Below, in pieces: positions 9,343-20,324 of a stretch of DNA of 64,000 bases (its first letter is position 1; each line of letters begins with the position of its first letter). Location of the stretch: positions 10,882 to 74,881 of the forward strand of contig JAKVAZ010000018.1 in the NCBI GenBank assembly GCA_022447225.1, in the 5' to 3' direction. This DNA comes from Fuerstiella sp. (GTDB lineage Bacteria > Planctomycetota > Planctomycetia > Planctomycetales > Planctomycetaceae). Below the pieces are notes generated by a model. That model saw only the letters and a program-made list of their open reading frames with translations. It was not told where the DNA came from and ran no database searches. A program made the translations under genes and the position numbers.

Positions 9343-10239
9343 CTACCACTGCACCTGTTCTTTTACCAGTTCCGCGTACAACTCCGGTCGGCGGGTTTTG
9401 AGTGTATAGTTGGGCAGGCTTCGTTCAGCTGCCAGCAGGTCGGCGTCCAGCGTCTGGACGATCATTTCGTCACGGATCTCGTCAGTCTGTGACGTAACGA
9501 TGACATCACCATTGGGAGCAAAGAAAATCGCACCGCCGCAATGATGGGGCTGGTTTGGTGAATCGGTCGGATACATATCAACATAGCCTGCCCGGCCGGA
9601 CTGGTTGGCCAGAACTGCAAAACAGGAATTCTCTCTGGCCCGCATGGCGTAGCACGAGATGAAGTATTCATGAGTATGCCTTCGGGCCGCGGCCATCGAT
9701 GCGGGGGTGTCATCCCACATTTTTACCCGTGCCGCATGCGGCATCAGAAGGACGTCAGCACCACGCAGCGCCAGAATACGGGCGAGTTCCGGGAACTGGT
9801 TGTCGTAACAGATAATTGTTCCCACCCGGCACTTTCCGATGTCGAACACCGGCAATTCCATGCCACCCTTGTAGAACAATATTTCGTCACGTGACAGATG
9901 GAGTTTTCGTTGTTTGCCGAGATAGCCGTCGGGCCCGATCAGCACCTGTGTGTTAAAGACGAGACTTTGCTCTTTTTCACTAAGACCCACAGACAGGAAC
10001 GCTTTGTATTTCTGAGCCGTTTCTTCCAGACGGCGTATGGTTTCACCGTCCGGTACTGATTCGGCAATCTCCCAGGTGTTGGGAGTACAGTGACCGTGGA
10101 CCTGCAGTTCCGGAAATACGACCAGTTCTGCTCCCTGGTTGACTGCCTGCTGCGTCCAGTCATCAATAGATTTCAGCATGCCTTCAACATCGCCCAGGGG
10201 ACTGTTGATACTGACGGCGGCGACACGAATTGACTGCAT
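9343..10239 (-). CDS. carbon-nitrogen hydrolase (nitrilase superfamily) protein
   Basis: The Glu-Lys-Cys catalytic context is present: VVFPELQVHG, GKQRKLHL and GTIICYDNQFPE. Confidence 0.85.
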   Translation of the reverse strand: MQSIRVAAVSINSPLGDVEGMLKSIDDWTQQAVNQGAELVVFPELQVHGHCTPNTWEIAESVPDGETIRRLEETAQKYKAFLSVGLSEKEQSLVFNTQVLIGPDGYLGKQRKLHLSRDEILFYKGGMELPVFDIGKCRVGTIICYDNQFPELARILALRGADVLLMPHAARVKMWDDTPASMAAARRHTHEYFISCYAMRARENSCFAVLANQSGRAGYVDMYPTDSPNQPHHCGGAIFFAPNGDVIVTSQTDEIRDEMIVQTLDADLLAAERSLPNYTLKTRRPELYAELVKEQVQW

Positions 10240-10476
10240 TCCGGGAGCTTTCTTTGACGATGTGTGTTTCAGAGAATTTTGAAGGACCGTGTAATCAGAA
10301 CCGGATGTTATTCAGTTCGGGGCAGCACCACGACTGCTTGTATGTGCCTCCGAACCGGTATCGCCCTCCGTGAAATGGCACGGCCACCAGATCGACGGAA
10401 GTGACGACAGCAGAACATCAGTTATTTTGCCCGGAGACAGTTGTGTTTTCCTCCGTGGCCGGTGAAATAATCCGGC

Positions 10477-12291
10477 TTAACTCAGCTTTGTTTCGGCCCA
10501 TGATTTCAGAGCCGACCGGACTTCGCTGAGTTTGGCGTCCCCGGTCCGGCGAGCCTGTTCAAGGCTGGAGTCTGCGGAAAGATCTGACTGGCAGAAAAAG
10601 TAAAACTTGATTTTTGGTTCCGTACCTGATGGTCGGCCGGCGATCTGAATTCGTACGGAAGCTGCAGGATCTGATTGATAGATCAGAAGATTGCCGCGAG
10701 GTTCCCTGATGTCACCGATGGGGTTACCCGATGGAATTTCTGTCCTTGTTCCGCGGTCATAATCAGCCATCTCGACCAATTTCACTGATCCCAGTTCGGT
10801 GGGCGGGTTTTCTCGCAGGGTGTTCATCAGGCCGTCAATTTTGCTTTTGCCCACGGCTCCTTCGCAGTAAATCGACTGCTGTCCTTCACAGTGGTATCCG
10901 TGCTGCCGATAGAGGTCATCCAGCTGGTCCGGCAGTGTTCGTCCCTGCTCTTTCAATTCTGCCGCCAGTTCCAGAATGAACATTGCCGCGACGGCTCCGT
11001 CTTTGTCTCGACAGTATCCGCCGGCCAGAAAACCAATCGATTCTTCTGTACCGATGACAAAATGTTCCGTACCGCGTTCTTCCATGACCTGCGCGATATA
11101 TTTGAAACCAACCAGCAGTTCGTAAACGGCCTGAGCACCGTGTGTCTCAGCGACTGCTCGTGTCAGTGGGGTTGTGACCAGGGTTTGCACGACGTAGTCG
11201 TCCGGACTCAGGCACCCGGCGGCGGCACGTTTGCGCAGAAGATAGTCCGTCAGCAATGCTCCTGTCTGATTGCCGCTCAGCAGGGTGAATCCACCTTCCC
11301 GATTGCGCACCATCACACCCAGGCGATCTGCATCCGGATCCGATGCCAGTATCAGGTCAGCCGGATGGGCACGGTTGACGACCCAGTCGGTTACCGGGGC
11401 AAACACTTCGGGCCGTTCGGGATTGGGGAGGTGCTCGGGCACATTTGGAAAGTTGCCGTCAGCCGTCCGATGATCTTCATAGATGTCGATATCAAATCCC
11501 AGGTGCCGGAGTATTTTCCAGATCGAGGACTCACCGACTCCGTGCAGAGGAGTGTAGATCGCCGAAATGTCTCGGCTGACTGACTGACTCAGCGCCGCAA
11601 CGGCGCTGATGTACGCGACGTCCACAGTCTCGCCGATGATTTTGATTCTTCCGTCGGCAACGGCTTCATCAAAAGCAAGCTGCGGGATTTCCTCAGCGGA
11701 TTCCACTTCGGTGATGATTCCCTGGTCGTGTGGCGCAGTCACCTGTCCACCGTTTTTCCAGTAGGCCTTGAAGCCGTTGTCAGCAGGGGGATTGTGGGAC
11801 GCCGAAATCATCACACCGATGTCACAGTTCAGATGCCGAACGGCGAACGAGAGTTCCGGTGTACTCCGATGAGAATCAAACAGAAACACTGTCAGCCTGT
11901 GGGCTGCCAGTGTTGTGGCAGTGAGTTGAGCGAAATGGCGAGACTGATTACGGGTGTCATGGGCGACGACGGCCGCACCACCGTCGGCACATCCGGAATT
12001 TCTCAGGTAAATCGCCATTCCATGAGCAGACTCTGCAATCGTACGATCGTTGACTGTTGCAGGTCCCAGAGTTCCCATGGGGCCGCGACGGCCTCCGGTG
12101 CCAAACGGAATTTCGGTCCAGAATGTTGCATTCAATGACGCCCAGTCACCGGCAGTTATCAACCGGTGAATCTGTGGGTGATACGATGAAAGGCATGGCC
12201 GGTCGAGCCAGTCACGGACGTTGCGGGCGGCATCAGCGATAAGTTTGCCGTCAGCGACGGCCTGATCCAAAAGTTCTGCGAGATCATCCAT
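10477..12291 (-). CDS. phosphoglucomutase/phosphomannomutase family phospho-sugar mutase
   Basis: Active-site loop MISASHNPPADNGFK, metal loop SDPDADR and sugar-binding GTEESIG. ATG at 12291 (MDDLAELLDQ) is preferred over the ORF maximum at 12402. Confidence 0.9.
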   Translation of the reverse strand: MDDLAELLDQAVADGKLIADAARNVRDWLDRPCLSSYHPQIHRLITAGDWASLNATFWTEIPFGTGGRRGPMGTLGPATVNDRTIAESAHGMAIYLRNSGCADGGAAVVAHDTRNQSRHFAQLTATTLAAHRLTVFLFDSHRSTPELSFAVRHLNCDIGVMISASHNPPADNGFKAYWKNGGQVTAPHDQGIITEVESAEEIPQLAFDEAVADGRIKIIGETVDVAYISAVAALSQSVSRDISAIYTPLHGVGESSIWKILRHLGFDIDIYEDHRTADGNFPNVPEHLPNPERPEVFAPVTDWVVNRAHPADLILASDPDADRLGVMVRNREGGFTLLSGNQTGALLTDYLLRKRAAAGCLSPDDYVVQTLVTTPLTRAVAETHGAQAVYELLVGFKYIAQVMEERGTEHFVIGTEESIGFLAGGYCRDKDGAVAAMFILELAAELKEQGRTLPDQLDDLYRQHGYHCEGQQSIYCEGAVGKSKIDGLMNTLRENPPTELGSVKLVEMADYDRGTRTEIPSGNPIGDIREPRGNLLIYQSDPAASVRIQIAGRPSGTEPKIKFYFFCQSDLSADSSLEQARRTGDAKLSEVRSALKSWAETKLS

Positions 12292-12629
12292 TATCACTTC
12301 TGCTTGCCCGGAACGATTCCCTGTCCCGGGTGGTAGTGATAAACCGCCGGAACATGGAAAAAATGCGGAAAAGTGGTGCGTAAGAAGTCTACCGATTGAC
12401 ATCTATGATTCCATCCCGCACCATCATAGTGGGGCCACTCACCTGCCGTGGGAGGAACCATCCCGCCAGAGAGACACTTCTTTTTTTGATCATCCCGTTA
12501 CGTATTTGCGTTCGCGAGTACTCCGTCTTCATGATTTCTCAGTTTAGAGAGACTTGCTGGGCCGGTCTTTGCTGACCGGGCTGCAAGTGTCTGTTCCGTC
12601 GTCCAGCGCCTTTACATCCGGTTGAACTA

Positions 12630-13238
12630 ATGAGCGTGCCGATCATCGGCATTCTGGGCGGAATCGGATCGGGTAAGTCCTCCGTTATTCGTCACGTTAC
12701 TGAATTCCAGTTACAGATCATCGATGCAGATAAAGTCGGACACGATCTGTTACAGGATACTGACATCCTTAAACAACTCAGTGAAATTTTTCCTGCATCA
12801 GTCTTTGATACAACGGGTCAGGTCATTCGGTCCGGACTGGCTGATCGGGTCTTTGGAGATTCACCCGGTCACAGGGCCGCACTGGCTCAACTTCAACTGA
12901 TTGTCCATCCCGGAATCCAGGCAGAAATCAAATCACAGATCCGCTCGGTTGCACCCGATGTTGATGCCATCGTTCTGGATGCTGCGATTTTGCTGGAGTC
13001 GGGATGGGCTGACGAATGTGATCACCTTGTTTACATCCACACTCCGGAGTCAACCCGTATTCAGCGTGTTACGTCGACTCGCAGCTGGACCGTTGAAGAG
13101 TTCCAGCGTCGTGAGTTGGTTCAGTTGCCCGTGTATATCAAGAAACAACGAGCAGATTTCATCATTGACAATTCGGGGACAATCGATGAAGCCGCTCAGC
13201 AAATGACAGGAATTCTTCGTGTTCTGATCAATTCGTGA
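12630..13238 (+). CDS. coaE: dephospho-CoA kinase
   Basis: The N-terminal P-loop IIGILGGIGSGKSSV and the 202-aa length fit CoaE. Confidence 0.88.
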   Translation: MSVPIIGILGGIGSGKSSVIRHVTEFQLQIIDADKVGHDLLQDTDILKQLSEIFPASVFDTTGQVIRSGLADRVFGDSPGHRAALAQLQLIVHPGIQAEIKSQIRSVAPDVDAIVLDAAILLESGWADECDHLVYIHTPESTRIQRVTSTRSWTVEEFQRRELVQLPVYIKKQRADFIIDNSGTIDEAAQQMTGILRVLINS

Positions 13239-13366
13239 TTTGGCAGTCACCTGTTCAACGTTTTTGATTCTGCTTGACTGCCCGTTTCAGTAAGTCTGTC
13301 GTTCTGCGGTTTCTGTGCCACGGATCATCATTCGATCGTTTCAGGTTTTCTGCTTTCTGTTAACTC

Positions 13367-14761
13367 ATGGCTCAGCCATCAAAAACCGGAAACCCGCCAA
13401 GGCCTCGCGCGTCCGCGCTGAAGTCGGGTGAACGGAGTGATTCGGGCAACACGTCCCGTACGGATGCGTCCGTTCCGACTCAGGCGGCAGAGTCTAATGC
13501 GGTTAATATTGCCGACCTGCAGCGCATGTCGATGACGGACCTGTTGGAGATTGCGGAACGTGAAAATCTCAGAGAAATCAGCGGGCTCAAAAAACAGGAT
13601 TTGGTTTTTCGAATTCTGAAAGAACGTACACAGAGCAGTGGGCTGATGTTCGGTGAAGGGACACTGGAGATCCTGCCGGACGGCTTTGGTTTTCTGAGAA
13701 GTCCGGACTATCACTATTTGCCCTGTCCGGATGACATATACGTCAGCCCCAGTCAGATTCGTCGGTTTGGTCTGCGCACCGGAGCGACGGTTGCCGGTCA
13801 GATTCGTCCACCCAAGGAAAATGAACGCTACTTTGCGCTGCTGCGGGTTGAGGCGATTAACGGAGAAGATCCGGCACTGCTCACTGCCAAGATTTCATTC
13901 GATGATCTCACTCCGCTGCATCCTGACCGGCGGTTGAGAATTGCAGAGGATTCGGAATCAGTCAGTACACGTGTTGTGGATCTGGTCGCGCCCATTGGAA
14001 TGGGGCAGCGAGGCCTGATTGTTTCTCCCCCACGTGCCGGTAAAACGATACTGCTTCAGCAGTTGGCCCTGGCTGTTCAGCAGAATCATTCAGATGCCTA
14101 CGTGATCGTGCTGTTGATTGATGAACGTCCCGAGGAAGTTACCGACATGGAACAGCGTCTCAAGGGGACGAACTGTGAAGTTGTCAGCAGCACTTTTGAT
14201 GAACCGACGTCCCGACACATCCAGGTGTCGGAAATGGTGATTGAAAAAGCCAGACGGATGGTGGAATATGGTCGGGATGTGATCATCTTTCTGGATTCCA
14301 TTACACGGTTGGCGCGTGCCTGGAATACAGAGATTCCAAATTCCGGCAAGACGCTTTCAGGTGGTGTCGATGCAACTGCACTGCAGCACCCGAAACGATT
14401 CTTTGGAGCCGCCAGGAACATTCAGGAAGGCGGAAGTCTGACAATCGTTGCGACGGCTCTGGTCGATACAGGCAGTCGTATGGATGAAGTCATTTTTGAA
14501 GAATTTAAAGGAACCGGGAATACAGAACTGCATCTCGATCGTCGCCTGGTAGAAAAACGGATCTGGCCCGCAATTGATATCAACCGATCCGGCACTCGTC
14601 GGGAGGAACTGCTGATGAACGACGATGAACTCCAGAAGATATGGCTGCTTCGTCGTGTGCTCAATGACATGAGCCCGCTGGAAGCGATGGAGATGCTGAC
14701 CGGTCGACTCAGACGGACGAAGTCTAATGCGGAGTTTCTGCTGACGATGAATATCGACTAG
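13367..14761 (+). CDS. rho: transcription termination factor Rho
   Basis: Rho_N ([19 protein letters not shown]), an RNA-binding OB region ([39 protein letters not shown]), Walker A (PPRAGKT) and [11 protein letters not shown] are all present. There is a basic/Ser-rich N-terminal extension. Confidence 0.97.
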   Translation: MAQPSKTGNPPRPRASALKSGERSDSGNTSRTDASVPTQAAESNAVNIADLQRMSMTDLLEIAERENLREISGLKKQDLVFRILKERTQSSGLMFGEGTLEILPDGFGFLRSPDYHYLPCPDDIYVSPSQIRRFGLRTGATVAGQIRPPKENERYFALLRVEAINGEDPALLTAKISFDDLTPLHPDRRLRIAEDSESVSTRVVDLVAPIGMGQRGLIVSPPRAGKTILLQQLALAVQQNHSDAYVIVLLIDERPEEVTDMEQRLKGTNCEVVSSTFDEPTSRHIQVSEMVIEKARRMVEYGRDVIIFLDSITRLARAWNTEIPNSGKTLSGGVDATALQHPKRFFGAARNIQEGGSLTIVATALVDTGSRMDEVIFEEFKGTGNTELHLDRRLVEKRIWPAIDINRSGTRREELLMNDDELQKIWLLRRVLNDMSPLEAMEMLTGRLRRTKSNAEFLLTMNID

Positions 14762-15051
14762 TACCCGGGTGACGTTGTAAACTGAGGTGGTGCTGCCATC
14801 GGTCAGTTCTTCAGGAGTTCCTGGGGACCGGTGAGTCCGTCGGCAGACATTGACACGGTATCGGCAGAGGACCGGACCGTTCTTTCGGCATCCGGTACTG
14901 AGCATTTTGCAATAGTAAGGGAGCGGGGCCGACGGAAATCAACAGCTGATCGTGAACATAGATTCGAACAGGGTCGCGTCATCACCTCAACAGCAATCCG
15001 GACCGTATCACGGGGACACCAATCCTTCGTCACAATTCGAGCAATCACATC

Positions 15052-15522
15052 ATGACAAACATCATTCAGGGACAACTGACAGCGGCCGGTGAACAATTTG
15101 CTGTGGTGGTTTCCAGATTCAATGAACTGATTACTCGGCGTTTAACGGCCGGTGCAGTCGAAACCATTGTTCGTATGGGTGGTGACGCCGATGCAATAGA
15201 CGTATACACAGTACCTGGATCTTTCGAAATTCCACTGATGGCTTCGCGGGTAGCGGGCTCAAAAAAATACTCTGCCGTGATCTGCCTGGGAGCCGTCATT
15301 CAGGGGGAGACGTCTCATCATGAGTACATCAACAGCCAGGTTGCGGCGGGATTGATGTCTGTGATGCAGGCAACCGGAATTCCCGTGACTTTTGGCGTGA
15401 TCACCTGTGATTCGCTGGATCAGGCTCTGGATCGCGCGGGGGGGAAGATTGGTAACAAGGGAGAAGAAGCAGCCGCTGCGGCTGTGGAAATGATCAGTTT
15501 ACTCAAGCAGATCGACGGCTGA
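15052..15522 (+). CDS. ribH: 6,7-dimethyl-8-ribityllumazine synthase
   Basis: The 156-aa ORF has FAVVVSRFNELITRRL, VPGSFEIPL and ICLGAVIQGETSHHEY. Confidence 0.95.
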   Translation: MTNIIQGQLTAAGEQFAVVVSRFNELITRRLTAGAVETIVRMGGDADAIDVYTVPGSFEIPLMASRVAGSKKYSAVICLGAVIQGETSHHEYINSQVAAGLMSVMQATGIPVTFGVITCDSLDQALDRAGGKIGNKGEEAAAAAVEMISLLKQIDG

Positions 15523-15578
15523 TACGACGCAGAAAAACGATGGAATCCCGTCGGGTCACTGTGGCCGGATGTCATGCG

Positions 15579-16475
15579 TCAGAAGCGTGCCTGACGCTGA
15601 TACAGGTATTCCGTCAGAGCTTTGTCGAACGGCATGCTTGTGTCCAGGGGTACGTAGTCAGCACCAATTGCGAAGCACTCCTGCTGAAACCGGTTCCGCA
15701 GTTCCTGTAATGCCTCCAGGTAGCTGCGTCGGATACCCTGTGCGTCGACGATTTGTCGTTCTCCTGATTCGGGTTCCAGCAGATCGACACTGCCGGAAAA
15801 AGGAAAGGTAACTTCAGCTTCGTCCAGTACGTGAAACACAATCACATCATGGCCGGAGTGTCGAAGGATTCGCAGGCTTTCAATGATGTCGTGAGGATCC
15901 GCAAGCAGATCCGACATGACCATCATCAGACTGCGATGTCTGATCATTGAGGAAGCCTGGCGAAGACATGCCGCAATACCGCTTCCGCCCTCCGGCCGAC
16001 ACTTCTGCAGCACAGCCAGAATGTTTCCAAGTTGAGACCGCCGGCTTCTGGCAGGAAGACTTTGTCTGAGATGTTCATCGAATGTTACGAGTCCGACCGG
16101 GTCCTGCTGGTGGATCATCAGGTATGAAATAGCGGCCGCCAGACAGACGGAATAATCGAATTTCGTAAGTTCCTGCTTGTAGGTGTACGCCATGCTGCGC
16201 GACAGGTCCATCAGCAGATAGCCGGTGATGTTTGTCTCTGCCTGATAACGCCGAACATACAGGCGGTCGGTGCGGGCGAATACCTGCCAGTCGATGTCAC
16301 GCGTATCGTCACCGGGGTTGTATCGGTGGTGTTCGCTGAATTCGACGCTGAAACCGTGAAACGGGCTGGCGTGCAGTCCTGACAAAAATCCCTGAACGAT
16401 GAACCTCGCCCGCAGATCCAGTCGGGCGATATTTTGAATGACTTCCGGACGCAGATATTGTTCAGCAGACTGCAT
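15579..16475 (-). CDS. DUF58 domain protein (vWA-like; usually partnered with a MoxR ATPase)
   Basis: HASPFHGFSVEFSEHHRYNPGDDTRDIDWQVFARTDRLYVRRYQAETN is the classic DUF58 core. Confidence 0.85.
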   Translation of the reverse strand: MQSAEQYLRPEVIQNIARLDLRARFIVQGFLSGLHASPFHGFSVEFSEHHRYNPGDDTRDIDWQVFARTDRLYVRRYQAETNITGYLLMDLSRSMAYTYKQELTKFDYSVCLAAAISYLMIHQQDPVGLVTFDEHLRQSLPARSRRSQLGNILAVLQKCRPEGGSGIAACLRQASSMIRHRSLMMVMSDLLADPHDIIESLRILRHSGHDVIVFHVLDEAEVTFPFSGSVDLLEPESGERQIVDAQGIRRSYLEALQELRNRFQQECFAIGADYVPLDTSMPFDKALTEYLYQRQARF

Positions 16476-16628
16476 GACGTCCAGTGTCGCACGTTTTGTC
16501 GGGTTTTTCCAACATCAATTTCAACGACGCCCTGACCCGGTTCAGGTCGATACCTGGGTTTTTCGTTTGCTTGGTTGCTACCTGTGATGTGGGTTACCAA
16601 AGAGCCTCTCATCGCGGTACAGGGGCAG

Positions 16629-17630
16629 TCAGTCTTCAGGGTGTTTCTGAATTCCTTCCCAAAAACAATCTTCCGGCTGCACCTGGTCGGGTTGGATTGT
16701 CCCCAGTTCCACCAGTTGATTAATCAGTTGCTGCCAGCGTTCAGTCGTCATGCTGCCAATTTCAGCATTGTCCCCCGGTTGACAAAGCTTGCGGAGGGCT
16801 TTGACTCCGTAGTCAAGTGCTGCCGGACTCATGTCTGAATTTTCGCTGTGAATACGTCTGTTTGTGGACTCCGGATTAGCCAGGTATTCTGTCCATCCGC
16901 TGCGGCAGGCTCTGGTCATTCTCTGAACCATTGCCGGTCGTTCATCGAGAACCTCCTGAGACGTAACCAGAACGCTGGCATACGGATTGTATCCAATGTC
17001 TGACAACATCAGTGCAACCGGATCGCCTCCCTGTTCTCTGGCGATGAATGGTTCACTAAAGACATAGGCCTGCTGAGCAAAGTCGGGCTTCGACAGAAAT
17101 TCTCCAACCAGTCCGTTAAACGGGACTATGGTGACGTCCTTCAGCGGCAGCTGCTTTTTCATCCATAGGGCGAACGGGCGAGTTTCGCTGACAGCCAGTT
17201 CAACCCCGGACAGTTCCTGCAGTGAGGTGATTCCTGATGATTCATGAACCATGATGCATCGAGGTGACTGCTGAACCGGCGCGAGCAGAGCCACAATCGG
17301 CAAACCATGAGCGCGTTGTTCAACCACCTGATCCGCACCAGCAACAGCGAATTGAATTCGGCCCGCGGCCAGTTCCTGCAGAATCAACCTTGATGCACCG
17401 GGCCGACCGGGGATTAGTTCAACAATCAGTTGGCCGGCTTCGAAGGCACCCAGTTCGTCGGCTGCAAAGTAGCCACCATGTTCAGCTTCCGGATACCAGT
17501 TCAGAGCCAGTTGCACTGAATCGTGGCCTGAGTTTTCAGAATCAGATTTCTTCACCGTTTCCCGTGGTTTGGTGCAACCTGCTGTCAGCAGACAGAATGC
17601 CGTCAGCAGACACGCATTGAACTTCATCAT
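16629..17630 (-). CDS. NMT1/THI5-like (NitT/TauT-type) periplasmic substrate-binding lipoprotein
   Basis: MMKFNACLLTAFCLLTAGC carries a lipobox (LTAGC). LALNWYPEAEHGGYFAA is typical of the NMT1/THI5-like SBP fold. No ABC permease or ATPase gene is adjacent. Confidence 0.7.
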   Translation of the reverse strand: MMKFNACLLTAFCLLTAGCTKPRETVKKSDSENSGHDSVQLALNWYPEAEHGGYFAADELGAFEAGQLIVELIPGRPGASRLILQELAAGRIQFAVAGADQVVEQRAHGLPIVALLAPVQQSPRCIMVHESSGITSLQELSGVELAVSETRPFALWMKKQLPLKDVTIVPFNGLVGEFLSKPDFAQQAYVFSEPFIAREQGGDPVALMLSDIGYNPYASVLVTSQEVLDERPAMVQRMTRACRSGWTEYLANPESTNRRIHSENSDMSPAALDYGVKALRKLCQPGDNAEIGSMTTERWQQLINQLVELGTIQPDQVQPEDCFWEGIQKHPED

Positions 17631-17791
17631 TCCCGCATCCCTGAATACGTCAACACACAATAAATGAAACTGTCAGCCGTGAAATTTAAGCTGATCATAT
17701 CTTTGTCCCGTGGCACTGTCGGAGAAATGACCTACGATGTATCGGTTCCCCCAACCCGTGACTGCATCATTCCAGACGAAAAACATGGTTC

Positions 17792-18661
17792 ATGCGATTG
17801 TCAGACGTCTTTTCCGGCAGCGAATTTGCAATTTCGATCGAGATTTTTCCGCCAAAAACGGAAGAGGGCGATCAGACGCTGCGGAGTCACCTGAAAAAAC
17901 TGATCGAATACCGACCTGCATTTGTTTCCTGTACGTTTGGAGCCGGCGGTTCCACGCCGGGTCGTACGCTGCACTGGTGCCGGGAAATCCAGGATGACCT
18001 GCGCCGAATGGCTGTGGCCCATCTGACGTGCGTGGGTTCCACACGCGAGCAGCTGATCGAACTGCTGGGGACGGCCAAGGCGGCTGGTATCCGCAACATC
18101 ATGGCTTTGCGCGGAGATGCACCACAGGGAGAGGATCGGTTTCGGGCCGTTGATGGTGGATTTCGATACGCCGGTGAACTTGTGGAACTGATTCGGGATC
18201 GCCATCCGGACTGGGGAATTGGAGTGGCCGGATATCCGGAGACGCATCAGGAAGCACCCAGTCCGGAGGTTGACCTGCAGAATTTGAAACGCAAAGTGGA
18301 TTGTGGTGCGGATGTGATTGTCACGCAGTTGTTTTTTTCCAATGACTGTTTTTTGTCATTTCGGGACCGCTGCCGGGCCTTGGGAATCGGGATTCCCATT
18401 GTTCCAGGGATCATGCCTGTTACGGACTATGCACGTATTCAACGAATCACTTCGATGTGCGGCAGCTCCTTTCCTGGCGATTTGGCCTCGCGTCTGTCGG
18501 CTGTGCGAAATGACAAGGCTGCTCAATTTGCAATCGGCATAGAACACGCGGTTGACCAGTGCGAACATCTCAGGGCCGAAGGTGTTCCTGGGATTCATTT
18601 TTACGCTCTGAACAGGTCAGATGCCTGTCGTCAGATTCTGGACGCGCTCGCCGTCGACTGA
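17792..18661 (+). CDS. metF: 5,10-methylenetetrahydrofolate reductase
   Basis: ISIEIFPPKT, FVSCTFGAGGST, HLTCVG, NIMALRGD and ADVIVTQLFF are present. Confidence 0.92.
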   Translation: MRLSDVFSGSEFAISIEIFPPKTEEGDQTLRSHLKKLIEYRPAFVSCTFGAGGSTPGRTLHWCREIQDDLRRMAVAHLTCVGSTREQLIELLGTAKAAGIRNIMALRGDAPQGEDRFRAVDGGFRYAGELVELIRDRHPDWGIGVAGYPETHQEAPSPEVDLQNLKRKVDCGADVIVTQLFFSNDCFLSFRDRCRALGIGIPIVPGIMPVTDYARIQRITSMCGSSFPGDLASRLSAVRNDKAAQFAIGIEHAVDQCEHLRAEGVPGIHFYALNRSDACRQILDALAVD

Positions 18662-18719
18662 ACGGTTGGTGTGCGACACCTTCAGTATTTGACTTCTTTA
18701 ATCAATGGCGGGACCGTGA

Positions 18720-20114
18720 ATGAACAATTCATCCTTACAGGATACTGAAACTCTGCTGGCTCAACACAACCAGCAGCATCTGTTGCGATTTTGCGAACAG
18801 CTGTCCGACAGCGAGTTGCAGTTGCTGTTGTCTCAGATTGACCAAATCGACTTTTCACTGCTGAGTACTGCTCCGGAGGCGACCACAACCCACAACGTGC
18901 CGCGGGCGGAATGTGCAGTTGCACCGTCTTCTGTCATTGCCAGGCCGAATTCTGCGGCCGATCATCAGATTCGCGGCAACGCAGAGGAGACTGGCTGCCG
19001 GTTGATTGGTGATGGAAAAGTGGCTGTGATCACCGTCGCCGGCGGCCAGGGCAGTCGGCTGGGCTTTGAGCATCCCAAAGGAATGTATCCGATTGGTCCG
19101 AAATCAGACCGCACTCTCTTTCAGATTTATGCCGAACAGATACTTGCCCGTCGTCGTAAACACGACGCCTTAATTCCGTGGTATCTGATGACCAGTGCTG
19201 CGACACATGAAGAAACGATTGCGTTTTTTGAGAGGAACGGATTCTTTTCACTGGACCCGGACACTGTGTTCTTTTTTCAGCAGGCAAGCCTGCCGGCGAT
19301 TGATGCAGAAACCGGGGCGATCCTGATGGACAGTTCGGGGAGTCTGTGCCTGTCACCCGACGGACACGGCGGGATGGTGACAGCTCTGCAGTCTTCAGGC
19401 TGTCTTGAGGCGTTGAAAAATTACGGCGTTGAACATCTTTTCTATCATCAGGTAGACAATCCCACTGCCATAATCTGTGATCCTGTTCTGGTCGGCCTGC
19501 ACGCGGAACGTCAGTCACAGTTAACCACACTGGTGGTTCGCAAAACGGATCCTGAGGAACGCATGGGAGTGCTGGTCGATATCAGCGGGCGTACCGAGAT
19601 CATTGAATACTCGGAACTGACACCTGAGCAGGCTTCCGCAAGTGACGAAAGCGGCCAGTGGATTTTTTGGGCCGGCAATACCGCAATTCATGTCTTCCGT
19701 CGCGATTTCCTGGAGTTCCTGACTGAAGACGATACCTCTTTGCCTCTTCACCGCGCCCACAAAAAGATAAAATGTATTGATCCTGCAGGAGACACGACGG
19801 AGTCTCAGCAACGCGACGCCGTCAAATTTGAACGTTTTATCTTTGATGCTCTGCCGATGGCCGACCGAACACTTATTGTGGAGGGTGACCGTCAGCGTGA
19901 GTTCAATCCGGTGAAGAATGCTGCCGGTAACGATTCCCCGCAGACAGCACGTTCTGCTCTAAGCCGTATTGGACGTCAATGGCTGCAGGCGGCGGGTCAG
20001 GCAGTTGCGAATGACACTGTGGTGGAAATCAGTCCGCTGCTGGCACTGACTGCTGAAGACTTATGTGGGCGGCTGCCTTCGAGAGACTTCACGATCGAAG
20101 ATTTGACGGGTTGA
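18720..20114 (+). CDS. UDPGP-family UDP-sugar (UDP-N-acetylhexosamine-like) pyrophosphorylase
   Basis: VAVITVAGGQGSRLGFEHPKGMYPIG is the nucleotide-binding loop. WYLMTS, DGHGG, FYHQVDN and PVKNA follow, in a eukaryote-type UAP1/UGP architecture. Confidence 0.82.
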   Translation: MNNSSLQDTETLLAQHNQQHLLRFCEQLSDSELQLLLSQIDQIDFSLLSTAPEATTTHNVPRAECAVAPSSVIARPNSAADHQIRGNAEETGCRLIGDGKVAVITVAGGQGSRLGFEHPKGMYPIGPKSDRTLFQIYAEQILARRRKHDALIPWYLMTSAATHEETIAFFERNGFFSLDPDTVFFFQQASLPAIDAETGAILMDSSGSLCLSPDGHGGMVTALQSSGCLEALKNYGVEHLFYHQVDNPTAIICDPVLVGLHAERQSQLTTLVVRKTDPEERMGVLVDISGRTEIIEYSELTPEQASASDESGQWIFWAGNTAIHVFRRDFLEFLTEDDTSLPLHRAHKKIKCIDPAGDTTESQQRDAVKFERFIFDALPMADRTLIVEGDRQREFNPVKNAAGNDSPQTARSALSRIGRQWLQAAGQAVANDTVVEISPLLALTAEDLCGRLPSRDFTIEDLTG

Positions 20115-20324
20115 GCCTGTCCGGCCGAATTGAGTCGGGTAGCGGCCAGATCGAATGGTTGTCCCTTGCGACCTGTCACAGAACGTGGATGATTTAGCAA
20201 AGTCGCGTTTGCAATTGATTCCGTATTGGAGTGATGTCTCTTCCCGGCGTCGTGCGATACGTCTGCTTTCCTCGCAAATGAATACGAATCATACCAGCGA
20301 AACAACCAGCCATTGAGGTGTCTT

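Noticed and set aside
10891-11583. 230-aa plus-strand ORF
   Set aside because: It is antisense to the phosphohexomutase, which carries the SASHNP active-site loop.
14762-15051. Possible FMN riboswitch upstream of ribH
   Set aside because: Only loose words (TTCTTCAGG, GCCGACGG) are present. The conserved GGGTGAAATTCCC...ACCGGCGGT and AGTCCGGATG elements and their order are missing. An Infernal scan would settle it.
17631-17791. Possible TPP riboswitch upstream of the NMT1/THI5-like binding protein, or a leader element for metF
   Set aside because: There is no CTGAGA / ACCTGATCTGGATAATGCCAGC-type core on either strand.
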